Shown: piece by piece, positions 34,705-47,133 of the stretch
Layout: every line of letters begins with the position of its first letter
Numbering within the stretch: position 1 is the stretch's first letter
NCBI GenBank assembly: GCA_033442325.1
Contig: JAWQFM010000015.1
Location: forward strand, 986,726-1,040,422
Source: Salpingoeca rosetta
Lineage: Eukaryota; Protista; Choanoflagellata
Length of the DNA stretch: 53,697 bases
Reading direction: 5' to 3'
Position numbers and translations under genes: made by a program
Notes under the pieces: model-generated
Database searches by the model: none
Told to the model about the DNA's origin: nothing
Seen by the model: only the letters and a program-made list of their open reading frames with translations

Positions 34705-37320
34705 GTATGGGGGATGTGACGAAGAGCAAACATACAAGGGGTGCAGGGCAAGTTGAATAGAAGAAAGGCAGACACTTACCAGGAACATGTGGCCCGGGAT
34801 GCGTGCACGGCGGGAGGGTTGGTCGTGCTTGTGTGGTGCTGCAGGGTTCTGCAGCAAACCAAAAGTGGAAGAGGGGGGGGGGGAGGGAAGGAGACGATCA
34901 AGCCTTCACGCCTCCCTGTACTTGAAACAACTGCGTGCAAGCCCTGTGCTGCTGGCTACTTGCTTCACAAATGGGGACGTGTTGGTGGGTTGGTGGGTTG
35001 ATGGGTATGAGGGGGAATGAACGAGTGGTGTGGGGGTGTTGCGTGTGAATGTGTGGTGTGGAAGGGTGGTGTGTGGTGTGGAAGGGTGTGTGGAAGGGTG
35101 GTGTGTGTGATGAATGTGTAAACGGGTGGCAGCATCGCGTTGCATCGTAGCGTGGAAGCGTACACCCCAACAATGGACACCCACGCACAGCATACACACA
35201 CACAGCATACACACACACATGCAGGTATGTGTGCGTGTGCGATTGCATAGGTGGGTTGCACGTCCAGTCCTCCACCCAACAACGCACCACAAACAAAGGC
35301 GCCTTCATACACACACCTCCTGCTGCAATTAGCCCGTGCTTGGGGGCCCCCGTGTTGTTGGAAGAGGAAAGGCTTTGTCAATCAAGAGCAAGAAACGGTC
35401 TGGCTGAAGGAGAAAGAAGCCATCGAGATGCAGCGCAAAGGCGGGTGAGAAGAAAAGAGGGCAAGCTGGGGGTGTTGACGGTATGTGGTAAGGAAGCGGA
35501 GAGGAGAGGAGGAAGAGGTAAGAGGTAAGAGGGAAGAGAGGAGCATGCGATGGATACATGTGCGATGGATACAGGTGCCGTTACGCGAGTGCGGCTGATG
35601 ATGTTGATGTTGATATTTGTTTGGACATGAGTGAAAGCAAGGGAAGCGGAGTGGTTGCCTAGGTGTTTGAGGATATTGATGCTTACCGCTGCTGGGGCTG
35701 CTGGTCTGTATGTGGTCGTGCCCAGCTGAAAGTGTGGTGTTGGACGACAGCGAGGCGGGTGATGTTTGGGTTCGAGCACGCCCGTGGTGGGCAAGGTGGT
35801 GTTTGCGTTTGTGGTTTGAAGATGTGAATGCGACGAGGAAACCGAAAAGAAGGGAAGGAGGGAAGGAAGGAAGGAAGGTGAGCGAGCGCGAGGTGGGGCT
35901 TGCAAGTGCGTGGGTGTTTTGTTGATTGGCGGACGCAGGTCTGGCCAGCTGGGGCGTCGGTGGTGGTGGTGGTGGTGGTGGTGATGGGTATGACGACTTT
36001 GGGTGGTGCGTGATGGCTTGCACGTCACACAGCGTGGCTGTGGAGACAAAGAAAGAAGAGCAGGGGCAAGAAGCAGAAAGAACGAAGGAAGTATCTACAC
36101 GCGCGAAGGAGCGAGCGAATGTGTGACGCTCCCTGCCCGTGTGCGTGCGTGCGTGCGTGCGTGAGTGCGTGCGTGCGTGTGTGCGTGGGCGTTGTGGAGT
36201 AGGATCGGAGGGTGATGCAGAGGCGGGCTTGACGCCACCACGGCCAGCGTGCGTGTTTGCGTGGGTGCGTGTGGGGGTGGGGTGGGGGTTTCATCAACGC
36301 GTGCATACCTTCTTGGTGCCGTGGTTGTGGCGGCAGGCGCGTGGTTGGTTGGAGAATGGCGTCTGTGGACGGATTTGGGAATGTGGGGAAGCTTGGCGTT
36401 GGTGCTCGAAAATATGTGCGGGGTGTGTGCTTGCAGGCAAGACAAAAAAAAAAGCAAGCAAAAAGGCAACGAGAAGGCAAGAGCGCTCACCCGCACGCGG
36501 GAATGTGCTGGTGCTGGTGATGGTGCTGGTGGTGGTGATGATGGTGATGGTGATGGTGGTGTGTCAAAATCGAAAGTGTGTCGTCACAACAAACCCCAGC
36601 AGCAGCAGCAGCAGTCAGGAGTTGGGTGCGGCTGGTTGAGCGGAAATGGCTTTGCTTGAGTTGGGTGGTGAGAGATGCCGGCTGCAGGCAGCAAGCGCGC
36701 ACGCAAGCAAGCAAGCCCCACACGTCCGCGCTGACGGACGGAGGAGACACGCAACGCAGGGGCGTTTGCAGCGGTGTTGGGTGGGCGGCTGCTTGCTTGG
36801 CTGGCGATGGGACGTGCTTGCAGCTTTCCTTTTGGCCCTTGCTTGCTTGGGTTGCTTGCGCGAGAAAGGCGAGTGTGCGTTTCGCGGTTGCGACAACAAC
36901 CAAAACAGAAAACATGCATGCACGCCACACCAGGCAAGCATGTTGGTGGTGTGGCTGCAGCGCTCGTTGCCACCACAGGCCAGCCGCCGCCGCGGCACAC
37001 CTGGCATGCATGCATGCAACCTAAATGAAGCGGGACAAGCTGGGGTCTGGTGCAGTGGCGAATGGAAGTGCACATTTCACTGACCCAACCACGTAAAGCC
37101 CAGGACATGATGTGACGTGAATTTTTTTCTGTCCGTGCTTCTGCCAGTTGGTTGGACGTGTGCTGGGGCGCGGGACAGTCCCGGAGGCATTGTCCGGGTG
37201 TTTGTCCCACAGCAACCAGCAGGAAGGGAAGTGCGGTGTCACGCTGCAAAATGGAATTTCGCTGACTCGACAGAAAAAATAAACGTGCTGGCGCGACAGC
37301 GACATTCAAAGATGTGCATT

Positions 37321-37357
<37 letters not shown>

Positions 37358-37359
37358 TG

Positions 37360-37398
<39 letters not shown>

Positions 37399-37406
37399 TG
37401 TGGTGT

Positions 37407-37482
<76 letters not shown>

Positions 37483-37979
37483 TTGCGTTGACACCACACC
37501 ACGTACAAGAGTCAACACAACAACAACAGCAACACAAGCACACAAGCACACAACATACATACACGTGAACACACACACACACACACACACATGTACACCC
37601 ATTCATCCGTCCATAGGAGGCATGCGTTCGTTCCATGCGTCATGTGTGCGAGCCAGCGCAGACAGACGAATATGTCAAACAACAACGATAAAGGGTGGCA
37701 AGCGACAACAAGCGATACACGAGCAGCAGGGATGCACAAACTGCAGTGAAATACACAAACAGCCTTCGAACACAAACAGCGGTCGAACAATATAATGTCA
37801 ATCACAGTTACACAGCGAGACTATATACAGGCCCCCACGAGAAGGACACAGGTCACATGCAAAGCAGACGGCACGCGCAATCACACGTGCCACACGCAAG
37901 GGCATGTAGTGTATGCCTCATGACAGAAGCCCGTTTGCCGGCGCATGTCCAACACAGTCCCAGGATGGCGCCTGTTGGC

Positions 37980-38010
<31 letters not shown>

Positions 38011-38136
38011 TGTGTGCGTACGTGTGTGTGTGTGTGTGTGAGTGTTGGAGAGCGAAGCAGAAACAGAAACAGAGGGTGAGGGTGAGATAGAGGCAGAGGC
38101 AGCGACAGAGAGAAACACACAAACGCACACACACAA

Positions 38137-38199
<63 letters not shown>

Positions 38200-38266
38200 G
38201 TCAGCGAGAGAGAAGAGAGCAGTGCGAGGTCACGTTGACCGATGCGCAATGACAATTAACGCGTTC

Positions 38267-39101
38267 TTACTCTTCGTAGATCCAGAAGAGGGCCAGAATG
38301 ACGGTTAGGACTGCGAAACCCACAAGTCAATGGCAGCAAATGTAAAGTACAAACATGGCAGCGATGAGAGTGGTAAGGCAGCGGATGATGTGCACCAAGA
38401 AAGCAAAGGCGAAACACATTCACTGGCAAGATGGTCAGACACATACACACACACAGCCACACAGCCACACACACACACAACACACACAGCCACACAGCCA
38501 CACAACACACAAACACAACACACAAAACACTCACAGCCACACACAACAGCCACACACAAACACACAACCACACAAACACACAGCCACACACGACCACACA
38601 CAAACACACAGCCACACACGACCACACACAAACACACACACACACACAACACACAACCACACACACAGTACAAACTGCCAAAAAAGCAAGTAATCAAGTG
38701 GGCAAGCACAACACACACCGAGGAGAACCATGCCAATGATGGTGGTAATTTGCATAAAGAGGTAGAGCTCCGGGGTGGTTTGATCACAGGAGGTGGCGCC
38801 TCGCAAGAGAGCAAGAGAGGCCAGCGTTAAGAGCGCATTTGCGGCCCCGAAAATGTGGAAGATGGTGCGGATCAGATTGGGCACAGGGTCTCGCGCAGCC
38901 AGGCATAGCGCAAACCCTACACATGGCAACGCCAGAATGCACCGTGCAAAGGCATCGGGTGAACCAACAAAACGTGCAACGCATGCGCTACAATAGCAGT
39001 GTGATTGAGACAAAGCGTGCACTTAGCGAGCGTGTACACTTGCAAACGTACCCACGTGCAAACGCACACACATACACACACACCTGAAAATACACGGGCG
39101 T

Positions 39102-39145
<44 letters not shown>

Positions 39146-39887
39146 GCGGAGATGAAGCTGAAAACGGCAGTCAAGACACAGGCTGAAAACAGGTCTACTT
39201 CGCAGTAGTTGGTGCTTGAAGGCCTGAATCAACGAACACAATGTGTGTGTGTGTGTGGTGATGAGCTGGTTCACAGAAACGTGGGAGTAATACCACACGC
39301 CAAGCTAGCAAGCAACGCGCGAATCAGCAAGGGCATCACACTATCGCACAGCGCGCACCTTGTGATGATCCAAAGTGGCACAAACACGAGGCCCACTGTC
39401 AAGAGCATCAAGAACACGATGCTACACACATATTATCACGTAGATGCATGTGTGTGGGCGTGGATATGAGCACAGAAGAGCATGCGATCGAGCATTGGAG
39501 TTTGCTTGTGAAACGCAAGCACACAAACACACACGCGCACACACACGCGCACACACACACGCACAAACACATACAAGCACACATACAAGTACACACACAC
39601 ACAAGCACGCACGCGCACAAACACACACACACACAGGCACACACAAGCACACACAAGCACGCACGCGCACGCACAAACACACACAAACACACACAAACAC
39701 ACACGCACACGCACGCGCACGCACACGCACACACAAACACACCCCTTCACCAACACGAACGCACTCACAATCACAGTTGCAATGACACATCGACACGTCC
39801 TCGTGCAACTCACATGGCTTTGCGATCATAGCGCGGGAAGAGTCGTACGGTATGGAACACGGCGTGGGGCCAACAATACAACCACAT
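38267..39887 (-). CDS. Unknown multi-pass membrane protein (exon structure approximate)
   Basis: Hydrophobic exon-like segments between TG/CA tracts: [24 protein letters not shown]|[21 protein letters not shown]...[26 protein letters not shown]...[56 protein letters not shown]...[13 protein letters not shown]. Not every phase join could be verified. Confidence 0.5.
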
Positions 39888-40282
39888 GACTGTACTGCTG
39901 TGTTGTAGCTGCGCAGCTGTGCAAAGCAGCTGGGAAGAACGACGCAAGCGATGGCGACAACAACAAACAGCAGGAAGCTGATGCAGAAAGAACAGGGAGG
40001 TGCGCGAGGTTGGCAAGCAAGCAAACAAGCCAAGAAGTGAAGCAAACAAACGGCGGCGGTCCTGCTGAAATTTGGGCATTGCACCAACAAATCGTCCCAA
40101 CTTACCACGAAGCAAACAGCACGCACTGCTTTCTTGTGTAACAGACGACAGACAACACAGCAAGCACAAGCGCACTGAGCTTCCTGTTCCGTGGTCGTGC
40201 TTGTTCACTTACACCATTGCCGCACAGCATTCACCACGGCATAGGACACACCACAACACAGGACACTGCAACACAGCAAGCG

Positions 40283-41925
40283 ATGGCTGCGAGGCGTGGA
40301 ATGGTGGAGCTGGACGGCTCCATGCTGGAAGGAGGCGGGCAGATTCTGCGCAATGCCACGGCGTTTGCGCACGTGCTGGGCCAAGCAGTGCACATCACCA
40401 ACATCCGCGCCGGCCGCGATCGCCCGGGCTTGCGCCCGCAGCACCTGAAAGGCATCTCCCTCGTGGCCGAGATGTGCCAGGGCCGCCTCAAGGGGGACCG
40501 GGTCCAGTCGAAGGAGATTGAGCTGCACCCTGGCGAGCGCATCGGCGGCGCGTTCACCGCCGACACACAAACCGCAGGCAGCACGTGCCTCATCCTGCAG
40601 GCGGCCCTGCCCTGCGCCCTCTTCTCCCCCTGCGACACCGTGCTCACCTTGCGCGGAGGAACAAACGCGCAAATGGCCCCGCAGGTCGACTACCACACCA
40701 TGGTCTTCGAGCCCGCGCTCAGCCGCTTCGGCGTGTCCTCCGTCAACATCACCGTGCAGCGGCGCGGGTTCTTCCCACGTGGCGGCGGCTGCGTCCTCGC
40801 CCAGTGTGCACCGGTCAAGCAGCTCAACGCGATACAGCTCGTTGACCGCGGCGAGGTCAAGCGCGTGTATGGGCGCAGCTTCTCCGCCGGCAAGCTGCCC
40901 CGGAAAGTGGCCGAGGCCATGACAGAGGCTGCCGCCGCGATCGTGCGCTCGAAACTGGGCGCTGAGGTGCCCATTGAGATTGACACCGTCCACGAGCCGC
41001 CACGCAGCGCAACCGGCACGGGCGCCGGTATCATCGTCATTGCCGAAACCACAACGGGCTGTCTCCTTGCTGGCTCTGCCGTGCTCAACCAGCGCCAACG
41101 GGGAGAACACGCTGCCAAGATTGCCGCGGACATGCTTCTGTCAGTGTTGGTGGTGTGGGAGAAGAAGGGGGAGGGGGAGGGGTAAGGGTGGGGTAAGGAG
41201 ATGGGGAGAGGTTGTTGTCTATGTCTGAGTGTGTGTGTGTGTGTGTGTGCCTGTGTGTGTGTGTCTGTGTGTGCCTGTGTGTGTGTGTCTGTGTGTCTGT
41301 GTCTGTGTGTCTGTGTGTCTGTGTGTATTGTTTTCGTCTTGTCTCGTGACTTTGCTCATCACGTCACGCCGTCTCACCCATGACCATGCACTCCCCTTTT
41401 CTTGCGTTTGGGTGAAGGGAGAACCTGGACCATGGCGGCTGTGTGGATGAATACTTGATGGATCAGCTCATCATCTACATGGCGCTGGCAAAGGGCAAGT
41501 CGACAGTTCGTTGCGGTCCGCCCTCGCTTCACACCAAGACGGCCATCTGGGTGGCAGAACAGCTCACAGGTCGGTCTGCACTCATGTGTGTGTGTGTGTG
41601 CGTGTGTGTGTGCGTGCGTGTGTGTGTGTGTGTGTGCAGCTCTTGTGTGTTTCCGCGTGTTTGCTTCTGCACTCACTCACTCACTCACTCGCTCACTCAC
41701 GCACTCACTCACTCACTCACTCACTCACTCACTCACTCACTCACTTACTCACTCACTCACGCACTTACTCACTTACTCACTTACTCACTCACATGCACAC
41801 ACACACTCACACGCCGGCCATATGCAGGCGTCAAGTTCAACGTGCGACAGGTGGACAAGGACAACGACAAGCTGTTTGAGATTGAAGTTGAAGGCATGGG
41901 ACACACCAACGTCACGGAAGCATGA
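40283..41925 (+). CDS. RTCA: RNA 3'-terminal phosphate cyclase (3 exons)
   Basis: [82 protein letters not shown] (His at the expected adenylylation position, favouring RtcA over Rcl1). TGA at 41923-41925. Confidence 0.93.
41671..41791. repeat. (ACTC)n/(ACTT) tetranucleotide array in RTCA intron 2
   Basis: Direct reading. Confidence 0.9.
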
Positions 41926-42195
41926 GCCAGTCCGTGTGCGACCATCCATCGCTAATCAAACAGAATGAGCATGGGACGTGACAGGCCACGTTTCCCTTTC
42001 ACCCTTGCTTTCCCTCCCCTGCCTTCTTCTTCCTGTCCTTGCACATGCTTCGATGGGTATGTTTATCCTGTGCCGTGTGGTGCCAGACCGTGCACAGCAT
42101 TAGCTACATACAACATGCAACCTCCAATAGCACCAAGAGAACGAGAACAAGCAAAGTGTTGACCCGCCAAAGCTGCGCATCAGAGCGGGCCAGCG

Positions 42196-43896
42196 TCACA
42201 ATACAGCCACAAGCTCACTATCACTGTCGTCGTCGTGCCCACCACCACCGTTGCCGTTGCCATCAACGCCATTGTCATCATCAGAGTCCTCAAAGAGGTT
42301 CAGCGTCAGCGTCGGTACGCGTCTTGACGGCCGAGCAACAGCACCGTCATCCTCATCGTCTCCATCATCACCATTATCACCATCATCCTCGACATCGCAA
42401 ACTGCAGCGGGCGATTTGCCCTTGGAAAGGCCTGAATCCATGGTGGTGTGATCCCCACCGTCGGTGTGATGTTCGCTCGCTTCTCCTCCTCCTGCTTTGT
42501 TATCGTCATCTTCCACGTCCTGCTCTGCTCCCTCACTGTCATGCACGATGAACCCGTCGTCCAACCAGCTGTCATCATCTTCGCCACCAGCACCAGTTGC
42601 GGCAGCAATGTGGGCGCGCGGCTGTCCCTTCTCCCGCGTCACCGTCGCCTTTGAACCAGTTCCGCCACTGCCCCGCCCTTCCTCCTCATCAATCGCTGCC
42701 ATCGCCTCTCGCAGCACGTCCTCATCCTCGTACTCATCCTCCAGCACCGTCTCCGATTGCATCTCCAGCACCTGCGCCCGGTACTCCCGCGCCTGTATGT
42801 GTGGGTATTGGTGTGGGGTGTAGAAGATACGTGTTGACGTTAGGTGGCTGACACACAACTCATCTCCAACTCCAACTCCTTTCCCTTCAACGACACACGA
42901 CACGCAAACGTGTGTGTGTGTGTGTGTGTGTGTGGCTATCCCAGAACAAAACACAATCAACACACGCAACCACACACCTCCATGAAGCCGCCTTTGAGGT
43001 CGCGACAGAAGGAAACGACGCGTCGCCACAGCTTGTTGCTGGCCAGCGTGGTGTACTTGCCTGCAAGCAAGCAACCAACCATGCAACCAACCAAGCAACC
43101 AACCAAGCAACCAACGTCAGCGGTGGTTGCATGCAGGCATGCATGCACGCAAAACACCAGCCAACCACCAAGCGCTCGTGCGCGCGCGCGCGAGCGGTAT
43201 GCCAGACATCTCACGACGTCATGCGATAGCACGAAGTGCAGAACAAGAAGCAATAATGGGAATGGTGCATGGACAGTGCGGGCCTATTGAGCACTTCCAC
43301 AAATTTAGAATGCACTTCCACACACTTCCATGCACGTAAGCAAGGGCGCTTCCCTCCCTCACATCAACCCATCAACCCACGCAACGGAAAAAGTGACAAT
43401 CAAACCGGACACCACTTCCACCGCGCAAAGTCGAAGCTGCAACACCTTCTCAACTCGCCTCCAAACACGCACAAACACGTCCGCGCGAGCGCGCACTTGC
43501 ACACGCAACGCCAAGCATCCAACCAAGCCAAGCGAGCAAGCCAAGCGAGCAAGTCACCCACCTTCTCGCACACACACACACACACGCGCACACACGCACA
43601 CACACACACACACATGCAAGAAGCGGAAGCCAATCGTATGGAACAAAAGGTCTGACTTTACCGATGATGAAGAGGTGGCGGCGGGCGCGGGTGATGGCGA
43701 CGTTGACGCGGTCGGGCGCATCGATGAAGCCAACCCCTTGCGTTCGCACGCACGACAGCACAATCACCTCCTTCTCGCCGCCTTGAAACGCATCAACCGT
43801 GCTCACTTGCACGGCGGCATAGTCGTGGCCAGCGGACGTGGTGCCTGCATCAGGCTCGCCGCCGCTCCTGCTCCCCTTTTGCCGCTTCTGCCTTTT

Positions 43897-43929
<33 letters not shown>

Positions 43930-46865
43930 TGGTCTGTCCCCGCCACTGTTACCACTGCTGCTACGACCACTACCACCACTGCTAGTACTACCACGGAGGG
44001 CTGCGCGGATGCCGTTTGCCTGGGCCTTGTACAGGGAGATGACGCCGACCTGGTCTGGCGCCACGCCGCAGTCCTCCACCACGTGGCGCACGAGAAACGC
44101 GGCAAAGGCCACCTCCTGCTCGTTGGAAAAGGACCCGTCTGCCTCGCGCCGCTCCCGGCCCGTAAGCACGTCGAAGAAGCAGAGCGGGCCCGCGCGCGGC
44201 ACGACGGCGCTGCGAGCGTCGATGGTGATGCCGTCCTCGAGCACGCCGGCATAGAAGAGCTGGTTGGAGACGCGGCTGATGGCCGGGTGGCAGCGGTACT
44301 GGATGCGCAGCATAATCGGGTCCACGCCCACCTTCATCAGCCGCTCAAACAGCGTCTGCTCCAGCCCGCGGCAGTCGGTGGCGTCGGCGCCGCCCGAGAC
44401 GGTCGGGCTCAGCTGCTTGGGGTCGCCCACCATCATCAGCTGCGCACAGCCGAAGCGCGCAATCGGCAGCAGCGCGTTGGGCTCCGTCATCTGGCAGCTC
44501 TCGTCCAGGATGATGACGGGAAACTTGAGGTCGTCCAGGCACCCAAACACCGTGGCGGCGCACGTCACCCCCACCACGCGCGCGGAAAGCAGGCGCGACC
44601 TGTTTTCGCCGCGGCGCAGGCGCTCAATCGTCTTCATCACCTGCGCGCGCTCCGTGCGGGAGAGCTCGCTCTTGAGCATGTGCCGCAGGTTGCGCACCTC
44701 GTCCTGGTCCGCGGTGACGGTGCCGTGCGTCGACAGCGGCAGCACGGGCTTTGCAATCTTCTTTGCGCTGCCCACGCGCACAAAGTCCTCGTACTCCAGC
44801 TCAAGCAGCGTCAGCAGGATGCGGTCCACAGCCACGTTTGTCGTCGACGACACCAAGATGCGCCACGGCGACGTCTCCAGCGACTGCATTCGGATGTGTG
44901 TGTGTGTGTGTGCGTGTGAGCGCGTGTGTGTGTGTGAATGTGTATGAGTGAACGTACGTGTCAATGTACGTGCGTGTGAGTGCGTGTGAGCGCGCGTGTG
45001 TGTGTGTGAATGTGTATGAGTGAACGTACGTGTGAATGTGTGTGTGTGTGTGAGAGAGAGCGCGCAAGTGTGAGGGAGGGGGGAGAAAGGGGACATGCGT
45101 GTGCTTGCACTCATGTGTGCGAGAGACCTTTTGACTTGGGTGGCAATGCTTAAGCCATTAAACACGCCACAAATCGTCAACAGGCCAGACACTGACAACG
45201 ATCACAACATCTTTCGACGGGTTACGCGTACCCACAGCAAGCACCAAGAACACACGGGGCCTGCACTGGTGTACCTTTTCCTCAAAGGAGTCGCTGCGGG
45301 CAAAGACAGTGGAGAGGAAGAGGATGGTGACGGCGACAAGAAACGACTTGCCGCTGCCGTACACGCCGTGCACGAGTAGAATGCCGTTGTCCTCCACATC
45401 GGCGCCCGCATCCATGGACGGGAGCATGCCCGCAAACCGCCGCAGACACGCAGCCTGGTACTCGTTCAAGCTGACGACAGCGGCAGCATCGGTGGCGGTG
45501 GTGGTGGTGATTTGATTGACAATTGATGTTGAGCGTTGTGGTGGTGGTGGAAAACGTTAGACAGGGACAACGACGATGAGGCAATGAAGGGGAAGAAAGG
45601 ATGGTTTGCCTTGGCAACTGACACGAAGAGTTGATACAGAGTGCACACTCAACACGAAACCGGCATGTCAAGCGACTGCACTGGCACGCACTGGTATTGC
45701 TCAATGTAGGCGGTGGCCATATCGTTGATTTCACCCCGCCCCATCAGCAAGCGGTGCTTCGTCTGTTGCGAGATGCCAAAAGGGAGCGACGCGAGCAAAG
45801 GGCGGCGGCGATGAGTACGATGGCAAAGCAAGCGCAATTTGCACGCACTCTCTCATGCACAGGTCAAGACATGCACACATGCGCTCACAAGCGAACACGC
45901 ACACACACACACGCACACGCACACACGCACACACACACATACGCACATGCATACACACACACACATGCACACGCGCATGCGGGAGCACTCACGCGGAGGA
46001 GGTTGCGGCGGGCTGCGGCGTCCAGGTTGAGGAGCGACGGGAGAACGGGAAACGCGTTGGCGTGCAGGTGATCTTGGATGTTCTGCAGACATGTCAGCTC
46101 TGTCGACGCGTTGAAGGCGTGGATGGCAAACACGCGATCCTGCTGCCGCCAGTCCCGCTGCTTAAACGAACTGCAACCAAGTAGTGCAAATGAATGATGG
46201 TGAGTGAGCATGCGTGTGTGTGTGTGTGTGTGTGTGAAAGCGCACATGCCCCTGCAACGAGCCAAAAATGAGCGCACACGTCAGCACAACTGCACGAGTA
46301 CGTGTGTGATGCGCACCCCATTGGCTTGAGCTCGAGGCTGCCGGTCTTGTTTGGGCCGTGGAAGGCGGCGGCCGCCAGGAACGTGGACGACGGCCTGAAT
46401 TCCAGGTCGCGCGACACGAGCCAGATGTCCCCTGATGGTCCATCGTGGTGGCATGGCATGGGTGTCATCCAAGGGGGCATGAGATGGTTGTCATGTGAGC
46501 GAACAAGGAAAACGCGAGTCGCATGCACATGCAAATACGCTGCACAGAAGGATGCACACACAGGAAGAACACACAGGATGCACAAGACAAACAAAGGATG
46601 CACATAACACACATTTTGCGTATTGAGAGCCCTGCTCCTTGCGCGGGAGCACAATGTAGACGGTGGAGGGTTTGCTGCCATACGCGTCGTATTCGGCCTC
46701 GGCGTAGCGCGAATAGCGCCCACCGCGCTTCTTCCTGAACGGGTCGCGCCACTCCAGCGACGCCTCGCTGTACAGCCGCACATTCTTGCGCCGCAGCAGC
46801 ATGTCAAGCTCCTGCGAGCCAAGCCACCAAGCGACCGCGCATATATGTGGGGTGGGGGATTGTGC

Positions 46866-46949
<84 letters not shown>

Positions 46950-46959
46950 GCGCGCGTAC

Positions 46960-46991
<32 letters not shown>

Positions 46992-46999
46992 GCGCGCGT

Positions 47000-47065
<66 letters not shown>

Positions 47066-47073
47066 GCGCGCGT

Positions 47074-47133
<60 letters not shown>

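Noticed and set aside
45604-45618. RFX X-box-like GTTTGCCTTGGCAAC
   Set aside because: Imperfect and located in a ZGRF1 intron far from any start site. No convincing X-box was found at the NEK promoter.
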